NCBI RefSeq assembly: GCF_015058545.1
Contig: NZ_SVCB01000073.1
Location: forward strand, 2,494-66,493
DNA from: Veillonella sp.
GTDB taxonomy: Bacteria; Bacillota; Negativicutes; Veillonellales; Veillonellaceae
Direction of reading: 5' to 3'
Length of the DNA stretch: 64,000 bases
Shown: piece after piece, positions 53,289 to 61,668 of the stretch
Position numbering within the stretch: position 1 is the stretch's first letter
Layout: each line of letters begins with the position of its first letter
Notes under the pieces: model-generated
What the model was told of the DNA's origin: nothing
Database searches by the model: none
What the model saw: the letters and a program-made list of their open reading frames with translations, nothing else
Made by a program: the position numbers and the translations under genes

Positions 53289-53425
53289 TTGAGGTTTTTG
53301 AATAATAACTTTACATTAAATAAAAAAAGTGCCCACAAAGCTAGATTAATTCTAACTCTGTGGTCTTTTCTTTTTCTATGTATGATTAACGATTCATACA
53401 CCGAGATAATGGATCACTCTACCTT

Positions 53426-54010
53426 TCACCATTGCTTAACCGTATACAAAATTGTTGTGCCTTTTACTTTACTACCTTCTAATTGTACCATTCCTTCAAT
53501 CCTCCCTGATTGATACGCAACAGTAGGGTATATCTTTTCATCTATATATGTAACCCCTACTTTTATTTTATGCTCTTTGGCCAAATTAATCTTATAGACA
53601 TCTACAGCTTGCTTTGTTTCATTTGGTGTTACTATTGTTCTGTCTGTTTTTTCTAATGCAACTTTTGGTAATTTACCATTATCTTCTTGTATTGCTTGCT
53701 CTGTAGCAATAGCAGCTTTATCTAAATTTGGTGCTATTACTACAAATTGTGCATCCGGACTTCTTTTTTCTGTATTTAAAATTTCATGCCTAATATCACT
53801 AGCTGTATCAGGACTTACATTAATACTTCTTGCAAAATCATCTACCGGTGCATATCTTACTACATAATTTGTAATTACCTTTGGTTCTGTTTTTACCGCT
53901 TGCTTATTCTTTCCTATAGCAAAACATACAATAGCCACTATTAATATAATAGTTATATATATAATAGGTTTCCAATGCTGCTTAATTTTAGTCCATAAAT
54001 TGTACCACAT
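53426..54010 (-). CDS. Phage lysis-module membrane protein (spanin candidate)
   Basis: Overlaps the endolysin 3' end; N-terminal TM helix; C-terminal beta-strands ending in W. Confidence 0.6.
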   Translation of the reverse strand: MWYNLWTKIKQHWKPIIYITIILIVAIVCFAIGKNKQAVKTEPKVITNYVVRYAPVDDFARSINVSPDTASDIRHEILNTEKRSPDAQFVVIAPNLDKAAIATEQAIQEDNGKLPKVALEKTDRTIVTPNETKQAVDVYKINLAKEHKIKVGVTYIDEKIYPTVAYQSGRIEGMVQLEGSKVKGTTILYTVKQW

Positions 54011-54551
54011 AATCAGTTACACCCCTTGCCAATGCTTTGGCTGCTTCATCTTGATTGTTTTCATTTCGTAACCACGCTTCTTCTGCCGGATTGCTAATAA
54101 ACGGCAATTCAAATAGTGCTGCCGGCATTGCCGTATTATTAAGCACATATAATCCGGCTTCCTTGTCTACATCACCGTCAGACCAATCTGCACGCACATC
54201 AAGGCTTGGGAATGTATTGGCCATTTGATTCATCAGACATGTAGCAAAATTATCTGAATTAGTCCATCCTCTACTTGTATATACTTCAATACCTCTAGCC
54301 GATTCATTAAAGCTATTGCAATGAATAGAAAGGAATAAATCATAATTACCTTGATTAGCTGTTTGGCAAATAAATTCTAGTGAATCATTTTGAATATAAT
54401 CTGCTTGTACGCCTGCTGTAATTAGATATTGCTGTACTAACGCTCCAACATTAGCAACAACATCACACTCTCTTAATCCTGTCGGGCCAATTGCTCCCGG
54501 ATCTGGATTACCATTTGGTGCATGCCCAGCATTTACTAATACTCTAATCAT
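53988..54551 (-). CDS. Endolysin, N-acetylmuramoyl-L-alanine amidase (Amidase_3)
   Basis: NAGH, DPGA, LSIHCNS and LYVL...MPAALFELPFISN motifs. Confidence 0.9.
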   Translation of the reverse strand: MIRVLVNAGHAPNGNPDPGAIGPTGLRECDVVANVGALVQQYLITAGVQADYIQNDSLEFICQTANQGNYDLFLSIHCNSFNESARGIEVYTSRGWTNSDNFATCLMNQMANTFPSLDVRADWSDGDVDKEAGLYVLNNTAMPAALFELPFISNPAEEAWLRNENNQDEAAKALARGVTDYVVQFMD

Positions 54552-54877
54552 TTTTTATCATCCTTTCCTTCAAATTCATCCGGTATACCGTTATGGTCTA
54601 CATCAACAATAGCTTTGGCCAATGCTATAACGGCACCAATTACACCGGCTGATAACATACTTGAACCTAAACTTATACCTAATGGCATAAACTTATAGAT
54701 AACATCCGGTTTATAATCAAAAAAAACTGCCATAATATACATCATGGCAGTAAAGAAATACGGCATTACGGCAATTACAAAGAAAATAATAATTGCCCAT
54801 GTTAGCTTTATATTCTTAATCAGACTTATAGGCATTCCTTTAATTGTAGCCCATACATCACTAAGCATCTTATTCAA
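54548..54877 (-). CDS. Holin-like 2-TM protein
   Basis: Two TM helices, acidic DVDHNGIPD tail, directly upstream of the endolysin. Confidence 0.55.
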   Translation of the reverse strand: MNKMLSDVWATIKGMPISLIKNIKLTWAIIIFFVIAVMPYFFTAMMYIMAVFFDYKPDVIYKFMPLGISLGSSMLSAGVIGAVIALAKAIVDVDHNGIPDEFEGKDDKK

Positions 54878-55416
54878 TTTTTTATCACCTTTTCAATAAT
54901 TCCAAGTAGTCTTTCAATGATAACAATATTTCTTGCATCCAATGCCCTTAATTTTTCAACAATGCTACTCAATTCATATACAATAGGGCAATACATAAAA
55001 AACTGTGATAATAATATATCTGTCCTAAATCCTAATGTTTCAGTATCCGGTGCAAGCATCATCAGAATTGAGAGGATAAAGAACCAAGGGTACTGTTTTA
55101 CAAACTTTTGGAATGTAGCCATTCTTAGGCCTTTACTTGCTAAAAAGCGTCTTGGTCTTCCATTTACGATTACAACGCCCCACCCTCTCCACATTAAGGC
55201 TAACATTATATTTAGCACAGTACCTTCCCTGTTAGTTGCTTTGTTGTAATCAGTAGCTTCTATCAATAATCTTAAAAAAGTATCAATACAAACCAACAAC
55301 ACTACTAATATAGCGGTATTCAATTCATCAATTAGAATATTATTCGTAATGACATTTTCTAAATATAAAATAGCACTATCTAATGGCGGTGGTGGCGGGC
55401 CATCAAACAAAATCAC
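54874..55416 (-). CDS. Holin-like membrane protein
   Basis: TM helices; ELSSIVEKL resembles the holin family 4 E..SI.EN motif. Confidence 0.5.
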   Translation of the reverse strand: MILFDGPPPPPLDSAILYLENVITNNILIDELNTAILVVLLVCIDTFLRLLIEATDYNKATNREGTVLNIMLALMWRGWGVVIVNGRPRRFLASKGLRMATFQKFVKQYPWFFILSILMMLAPDTETLGFRTDILLSQFFMYCPIVYELSSIVEKLRALDARNIVIIERLLGIIEKVIKN

Positions 55417-55418
55417 GA

Positions 55419-55601
55419 TTAAGCCCCCTTCTCAACAGTAACATCTGTTGCTACATCCTCACCGGCTTCTTTTAGTTCCTTCTCTTTCAATGCATCAATG
55501 TCTTCATAAATATCAACTAACAAATTATGAACGCATTCCGCATCAGGGCAACGGCCATTTTCTAACAATTCATTTGCACAATATTCACAATACTTTTCCA
55601 T
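55419..55601 (-). CDS. Small phage protein with four Cys
   Basis: CxxC...CxxxxC; RBS AAGGGGG. Confidence 0.65.
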   Translation of the reverse strand: MEKYCEYCANELLENGRCPDAECVHNLLVDIYEDIDALKEKELKEAGEDVATDVTVEKGA

Positions 55602-55603
55602 AA

Positions 55604-56029
55604 TTAAGCCCCCTTAACAGCTTTAAGCTCTTTTACCATCGACACTAAATTACTTTTATATTCTGCTTGAATCTTTTCTAATGCTGCTTGATTACCTGTT
55701 AATGTTGCAATTAATGCTTTATCTTTTAACTGCTCATTAGCTGCATCATATTTATTTTTAATTTCATCAGTAGATTGTTCCTTAACTTCTGATTCAGTAG
55801 GTGGAATTGGTGTAAATTCAACCATTTCTCCATTTTTATATACCTTACCGGCTTCTAATGCATCAAACACTTCACCTTCATCTTCAATATAATAACAATC
55901 CGGATATGATTCTTTTGCTAATTCTAATAAATTCTCCATTGTTTTTGCATGCGTGCCTAATAAATAAGCAGCCACTTTTGTACGTTCACCGTTCACATTC
56001 TCTTTACTTAATACAATTAAAAATTTCAT
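55604..56029 (-). CDS. Phage protein, possible tail fibre assembly/chaperone
   Basis: Position after the fibre; PIPPT..E.KE linker followed by a helical C-terminus. Confidence 0.5.
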   Translation of the reverse strand: MKFLIVLSKENVNGERTKVAAYLLGTHAKTMENLLELAKESYPDCYYIEDEGEVFDALEAGKVYKNGEMVEFTPIPPTESEVKEQSTDEIKNKYDAANEQLKDKALIATLTGNQAALEKIQAEYKSNLVSMVKELKAVKGA

Positions 56030-56074
56030 AATTAATTATTCCTTTCTTTTTTCAAGTTAATAGGGGGTAATTTT

Positions 56075-56734
56075 ATGAAACTACCAAATAATTATGGCCA
56101 AATCTGTAAACTGTCTGGCCAAAGAAGACGTCCTTTTATGGTTCGTAAAACAATCGGCTATGAAACTAATGGCCGTGCCATTTACCATATTATTAGCTAT
56201 TACTCCAATAGAGCGGATGCATTAGACGCACTATCAAAGTTCAATAATGCTGATGTTCCTATGCCTACTATCACCCTTTCTAAAGTTTATAAATTATGGT
56301 TCCCTACACATTCAAAACATGTCAGTACATCGACCTCTAATAGTTATATTAATAGTCTTAAGCATTTAGGTTCTGTCGCAACTTTACCTATTAACACTAT
56401 TAAATACAGACAACTACAAGATGTTATGGATAACATGCTAAATAATGGATTATCTTATGCTAGTTTAAAAAAAGTTAGATCGCTTATACATCAACTCTAT
56501 AATTTTGCAATTATCAACGAATGGACTGATAAGAATCTAGCTGAGTATCTGATTATTGGCAAAAATATACCTGTTAGGCCACACAAACCTTTTACAACCG
56601 CTCAAATAAATAAACTATGGCGTTTAATTAGCACGCCCGAAAGCTATATAATAGCAAGCCGGAGCGATGGTATCAGAGGTACGAATTGTACAACTATTCG
56701 CCGTTTTATATTCTTTTATAACGTTAACAGTTAA
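56075..56734 (+). pseudogene. Tyrosine recombinase N-terminal half; catalytic domain missing
   Basis: MKLPNNYG.I.KLSG.RRRP arm domain and core-binding domain up to HKPFTTAQINKLW; no TGxR, HxxR or catalytic Tyr; remainder is antisense tail fibre sequence. Confidence 0.8.
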
Positions 56735-57601
56735 GCTTAATTTACTGTCGCTTGCGTCAATAACGCCAACCGGAATAATAATATAATCCGTATTATTAAA
56801 AGCTATCGCAAAGTTTGCCGTGGCTGCATTACCGGAAGGACGGCCGGTTGCTCCACCTTGGATAATTAATCCAAAAAACAGCGGGCCAAAACAGATAAAC
56901 CAAGAGTTTGCATTGCTAAATCTTGCCTGTACGCCTAATCCTTCAAAAGTCTTTTTACCAATTGCCCTAATTACGTTATCATCAAAATCATCACTTTTAA
57001 ATGCATCTGAAATGGCCTTTTTAACGTACTTCTTAACATAACTTACACGTGCACCTAAATTGGCTAATAGACTATTACTTTCAATCTCATCATCATCCAC
57101 ACTAGATGTATCATCAGTAAACGCTTCTCTTAGATCCAATACAGTAACAAAGGTTTCATCTTTAATAATGGCTTTAACGTTTGTAACTGCACCTATAATA
57201 GTTCTTACATTGTAAATTTCGCTTTCAATCGGAATCGATTTATCCGGTACAAATCCGACTTTATCACCGCCATTAGTGTACGCATATAAAACCTCTGTAC
57301 CGCCCTCAGCTTTAGCAAACAAGGCTACTTCTTTTGGAAAAAAACCAATATCTAATTTAGAATTTGAAATTGTGGCTCTAACTAAAAACTGCCCATTACC
57401 CTCGTTTAATGCTTTGGTAATAGGCAGTTCCATTTTTGGAGAGATGATATTAAGCATTGCACTAACATCTTGATTAGACGGTAAATCTCCATCCCCTACT
57501 AATACTCTTGTAAAAACTAATTGCTTGTTAGTAGCAAGGCATTCACTAATTAATGCTAATCCTTTTTTTGTTACTACGTTTTTAGGATATTGCGATGCCA
57601 T
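56624..57601 (-). CDS. Tail fibre: collar (DUF3751-like) domain plus gp53-like C-terminal domain
   Basis: VTKKGLAL, FTRVLVGDG, KEVALFA, EVLYAY; C-terminal GLIIQGG...F.IAF...YIAFG. Confidence 0.8.
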   Translation of the reverse strand: MASQYPKNVVTKKGLALISECLATNKQLVFTRVLVGDGDLPSNQDVSAMLNIISPKMELPITKALNEGNGQFLVRATISNSKLDIGFFPKEVALFAKAEGGTEVLYAYTNGGDKVGFVPDKSIPIESEIYNVRTIIGAVTNVKAIIKDETFVTVLDLREAFTDDTSSVDDDEIESNSLLANLGARVSYVKKYVKKAISDAFKSDDFDDNVIRAIGKKTFEGLGVQARFSNANSWFICFGPLFFGLIIQGGATGRPSGNAATANFAIAFNNTDYIIIPVGVIDASDSKLSLTVNVIKEYKTANSCTIRTSDTIAPACYYIAFGRAN

Positions 57602-57613
57602 TTTAAAACCTCC

Positions 57614-58231
57614 TTAATAAATATCATGAATAACATTAGATTTTGAAATATAAACCCCAACAACTACTGCTGCATCATCAAGTTCTGTGCTAAATCCTAC
57701 ATCCGGTTCTATATTAACGATGCTTGAAGTAGTCATATAACAGCCTGCATATAACCCACCATTCACTTCATGCATATCCGCAACTTCCATGCCAATATGT
57801 GCCGGCTTAACTTCTTCCATATCCGTCCTGATATTTGGCAGTGCATACACAAAACTTGAGTTATTAAAAACTAACTTTAATCGGCCATTTTCAAAGAGTA
57901 CATCAATATCATCCAAAACATAGACTTTTACCAAGGCTCTAATCTTTTCTAAATCCAACTTACCGGATTGTTGCCATTTGGCTTCTACTCTTTTTCGCCT
58001 GTCCGATAATGTACCTTCAGCTTTAATTGCTAAATCCTTTTCATAATTAGCCGTTCCGCTTTCGCTTGCTGTATCAAAAAAGACGTTGCCTAAAAGTTCA
58101 TCTAACCTTTTATCAACGTCTTCCATCGTTATACCGGCTGAATCATATAATTGCCTTACCCACGGATCCTTACGGTACAGTTTATTTATTGTCTTTAATG
58201 CATATTCTTTTATTTCTTGCCTATTATTCAT
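57614..58231 (-). CDS. Baseplate wedge protein (DUF2313/XkdU-like)
   Basis: FFDTA...YEKDL.I, RRKRV.AK and VKPAHI motifs. Confidence 0.8.
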   Translation of the reverse strand: MNNRQEIKEYALKTINKLYRKDPWVRQLYDSAGITMEDVDKRLDELLGNVFFDTASESGTANYEKDLAIKAEGTLSDRRKRVEAKWQQSGKLDLEKIRALVKVYVLDDIDVLFENGRLKLVFNNSSFVYALPNIRTDMEEVKPAHIGMEVADMHEVNGGLYAGCYMTTSSIVNIEPDVGFSTELDDAAVVVGVYISKSNVIHDIY

Positions 58232-59315
58232 TGAGTACCACCTCAACAGTTCCTAATATGGCCACCTGTTCATCTGTTAAGTTAATACGGCTACTGCTAT
58301 TGTTTACATAATAACTATCATAGTCATTAATTCCTTCTGTATTGATGATTAAGGCACCAATCTGTGCCACGCTAACATATGACTGCTTAAAAGCAATCTG
58401 TTTAAGGTAATCAATGAGCCGTTGTTCCAATTTAGCTTTAATCATACTAGCTGTGCTATTTTCAGCATTAACTACTCCATTAATTTTTACATTAATCAAT
58501 ACAGATTCTGCAGCAACTACCGTACAATATGCTCCTACCGGTGCTTCTCCTTCACCTGTACCACTTTTGTTAGGATCTATATACTGTTGCACAACATTTA
58601 CTAACTCTTGGCTTGCCGGCTGTCTATCGCTATCAATCAATACCACCTTTACAGTGTTATCACCGTTCCATAATGGTATTACATTAGCTTCACCTACACC
58701 TTCTACTTCTTTAGCCCATTGCTTATAATGATATTTATTGCCACTCGTTGCCGGCTCACGCAATTCTTCGTAATATCGTTGCCTTAAATCAGTATCTGAT
58801 TCTGCATCTTCACCATTAATTGTGGCATCATCGTTAGTAACAGTAATGATACCTGTTAACGTAACCGGCATTTTAGTAATACTGCCTTTTGGCACATTGC
58901 CAATTTCACCGGCTGTAGTACATTCAATAGCTACTTTACTGCCTACCACAACATCTTTTGTTTCAGTAGCAACAAACTGTAGGCCACCTTCACTTTCAAA
59001 CAAATTACCAACACTAATAATGCCACTTCCCTGTACTACCGTAATATAGCCGGTAGCATACGTAGCTTTTTTTCGTTCCGTACCTCTTCTTTGGAATACT
59101 ACACGTGTTAATTCATCACCGGTTAAATTATCTACGTCTTGTTTTCGCTCAATTTCCTGTGCTTTAAGGCACAATGCTAGTACTGCAAATGCCATACCAC
59201 GTGTTAAGTCATAAGTAGGGAATCCTTCTGTTTTCTGATACTCTTCAGAAATTTCATCCAACATTACATTATGCACCGCATCAATGCCAATGCTTTTGGT
59301 AAAATCAATACTCAT
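58224..59315 (-). CDS. Baseplate J / XkdT
   Basis: G.DAESD.DLRQRY, SGNKYHYKQWA and PLWNGDNTVKV motifs. Confidence 0.9.
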   Translation of the reverse strand: MSIDFTKSIGIDAVHNVMLDEISEEYQKTEGFPTYDLTRGMAFAVLALCLKAQEIERKQDVDNLTGDELTRVVFQRRGTERKKATYATGYITVVQGSGIISVGNLFESEGGLQFVATETKDVVVGSKVAIECTTAGEIGNVPKGSITKMPVTLTGIITVTNDDATINGEDAESDTDLRQRYYEELREPATSGNKYHYKQWAKEVEGVGEANVIPLWNGDNTVKVVLIDSDRQPASQELVNVVQQYIDPNKSGTGEGEAPVGAYCTVVAAESVLINVKINGVVNAENSTASMIKAKLEQRLIDYLKQIAFKQSYVSVAQIGALIINTEGINDYDSYYVNNSSSRINLTDEQVAILGTVEVVLNE

Positions 59316-59736
59316 ATGTATATTTCACCTCCTCACCTGTTTTAGTCTTAACAGTAAAATAAAAAGTGCCTTTGTCAAATTTCCAATTATTAACGGAAAC
59401 TGCACAAGGCACTTTATTTAAAATTCCATCAGTAATACGCCTTTTAATTTCACTGACAATAAAAGAGCGTGGTAATCGATACCCTACAAGCTTATCAAGA
59501 TTTAAGCCAAAGGTATCACTGTAAATTTTATATGCATTTAGTTCAGTTCTAATAAATAGTTCAATCCATTGTTTAATCGCATCTACTTGTGATGTTTCAA
59601 CATTAACGCCATCTTCAAGTACAAATCTCTTTTTGGCAAAATCAAACTTCATGTTTCTACCTACTTTATTTTGAGCATTTGTTTTTGTAGATGTACTTTC
59701 AATGGTTTCTTTAAAATCGTAATCTGTAGGAAACAT
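59305..59736 (-). CDS. DUF2634/XkdS-like baseplate protein
   Basis: FDF, AIKQWI, Y.IYS..FG and SEIKRRI motifs. Confidence 0.8.
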   Translation of the reverse strand: MFPTDYDFKETIESTSTKTNAQNKVGRNMKFDFAKKRFVLEDGVNVETSQVDAIKQWIELFIRTELNAYKIYSDTFGLNLDKLVGYRLPRSFIVSEIKRRITDGILNKVPCAVSVNNWKFDKGTFYFTVKTKTGEEVKYTYEY

Positions 59737-59745
59737 TGTTTTCAC

Positions 59746-60117
59746 CTACCTTACAATATCATCAATAAAATAATGCTGTCCACTTTCATCCGGTGTAACT
59801 TTAACCAAATCGCCAACTTTCCAAATTGGTTTAATATGTATCTTTCCTGTGCCCTTAGAGCTGTAGTTTGTATTCGGGCCACCAAGACATCCACCAACTG
59901 TTGTTGTTCCTTCATGTTCATAGCTGTACTCCGCTTCATGCCTTAATATTTGATTACAGATATATCCATTGGTTTTATCAATTTTAAAAGTACCATTCCT
60001 AATAGTAACAAGCCAATTATCTCCAATAGCTTGTACTTTACCTAATATACAGCCCATTAGCTTTGGATTATCTCTATTTCTGAACTCATTAGCCATCTGT
60101 GCATGCCAATCTTCCAT
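59746..60117 (-). CDS. DUF2577/XkdR-like spike protein
   Basis: Gene position; WKVGDLV.V.P....QHYFIDD motif. Confidence 0.7.
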   Translation of the reverse strand: MEDWHAQMANEFRNRDNPKLMGCILGKVQAIGDNWLVTIRNGTFKIDKTNGYICNQILRHEAEYSYEHEGTTTVGGCLGGPNTNYSSKGTGKIHIKPIWKVGDLVKVTPDESGQHYFIDDIVR

Positions 60118-60121
60118 ACTA

Positions 60122-61129
60122 TCACTCCTGTTTAATCAATTCTAAGTTCATTGTGTGATTTACTCCATAGTCATGTACACAGTTTTTAATTAAGAACTGC
60201 CCTTCCATTCCTATGATAGGCTGATTGAACTTTAGTATTCGACCACTTCTAACTGAATCATCACCAAGCACTCTTACACTAAAGGTCTGCTTAATTTTAT
60301 TTAGATTATCTAAATATTTTTTAGCCACTTGCATTGCTTTAGCTTTTTCTTTATCTTCAACTTTTTGTACTTTCTGCAATACACCAAATTGCTTGATACT
60401 ATCAGCATCTTCTACATTGGCCAATACTTGCTCATTCTTTTCACTCGATGAAATAATAAGCACACGGTTTTTCATGTCTTGAATGGATTCAGTGTAGTTA
60501 TAATCGCCTACAATGCCTGTTATGGCCACATCAAGCACCAAATCCTTATAATCTTCAATGAATAATTGACTACCTCGTACTTCAATCCGGTACTTATACC
60601 CAGTCTCTTCAGTAGCCTGTTTAAGAATATCCTTAATAACATCAGATACAGGTGTGCCCTCATACACCTTCTTAATTTTAGTATTGATGATAGGCACACT
60701 GCCTAATGGTACGCCATTCTTTTCACATACTTGCCTAATGGCCGTTGTACCGTCAATATCATTGTATTGTATCGATGTTTCCGACTTATTAAGGTAAAAG
60801 GCATAATCAAAGGCTGTATAGCTATATTTATTTATCCCTGACTTCTTACCGTCTACAATAATTCCTGTAAAAATCTGACGTAACTCTTGACTGATAACAG
60901 AATCATTAAAGCTTGTTCTATTATTGTTCGCCACATCATTTGAAAATATCACCTTACCGCCCATAGCTAATTGGAGATTTGCCATATTAGCATCAAGCGG
61001 ATTTGAAACCAAATCAAAGGTAAACTCTTGCCCAAGTGTATCAGTATTATCTGATAACCTGTAATTATTTGTGTATGCTGTAATTTCACGGTTATCATTT
61101 GCTACTACATTGGCATATTCTAATTTCAT
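60122..61129 (-). CDS. XkdQ-like baseplate hub protein
   Basis: YTAFDYAFYLNKS, ESIQDMKNRV and SIKQFGVLQ motifs. Confidence 0.8.
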   Translation of the reverse strand: MKLEYANVVANDNREITAYTNNYRLSDNTDTLGQEFTFDLVSNPLDANMANLQLAMGGKVIFSNDVANNNRTSFNDSVISQELRQIFTGIIVDGKKSGINKYSYTAFDYAFYLNKSETSIQYNDIDGTTAIRQVCEKNGVPLGSVPIINTKIKKVYEGTPVSDVIKDILKQATEETGYKYRIEVRGSQLFIEDYKDLVLDVAITGIVGDYNYTESIQDMKNRVLIISSSEKNEQVLANVEDADSIKQFGVLQKVQKVEDKEKAKAMQVAKKYLDNLNKIKQTFSVRVLGDDSVRSGRILKFNQPIIGMEGQFLIKNCVHDYGVNHTMNLELIKQE

Positions 61130-61133
61130 ACTA

Positions 61134-61655
61134 TCACCCACTCAACGTATTATTATCACCGGTAGTACTGTTAATCGTTTGATTAACATAAGGATATTCA
61201 GTAAATTCAAGGCTTGCTTTATAATCGCCTACCTTATCCTTGATAAAGTTTGCCTTGTTACATAAGCAAGCCATATTAAGCAATTCACTACCATCACTAA
61301 ATGTTACGGCAATGCGTAATACTTGCCGTAATTCCATCCGCTGTGTAATAAATTCTTTTACCTCTTCTCCATCGCTTCCCCTTGGTCTCATAAATTTGTA
61401 TTTATGATTCACCGGTAACAAAATATCATCTAGTGAATAGGTGCGTAATCCCATATAACCGGCTAGTAAAATATCACCTGTGGCACCATTGAATACTTCA
61501 TTGTTCATTACATATTCAACCTTTGGCAATGTAGCCGGCACCACAGGCAATACCACATTTTCATAGGTTAAATCATCATACAAAACAATATCCGCTTTAC
61601 TTGGCCTATTTAAGTAATATTCTAATTGGCTTAATATCATATTCAAAAATGGCAT
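61134..61655 (-). CDS. XkdP-like tail tube initiator (no LysM domain evident)
   Basis: LPVVP, GLRTYSL and GDY...LEFTEY motifs; position after the tape measure gene. Confidence 0.65.
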   Translation of the reverse strand: MPFLNMILSQLEYYLNRPSKADIVLYDDLTYENVVLPVVPATLPKVEYVMNNEVFNGATGDILLAGYMGLRTYSLDDILLPVNHKYKFMRPRGSDGEEVKEFITQRMELRQVLRIAVTFSDGSELLNMACLCNKANFIKDKVGDYKASLEFTEYPYVNQTINSTTGDNNTLSG

Positions 61656-61668
61656 TTACATCACCTCA

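Noticed and set aside
53019..53513. ORFs 53019-53267, 53171-53401 and 53238-53513
   Set aside because: They overlap the tRNA, att repeats and a terminator; likely spurious; no lipobox that would indicate an o-spanin.
56075..56734. Functional prophage integrase
   Set aside because: Lacks all catalytic motifs and lies within the tail module, not at the att site.
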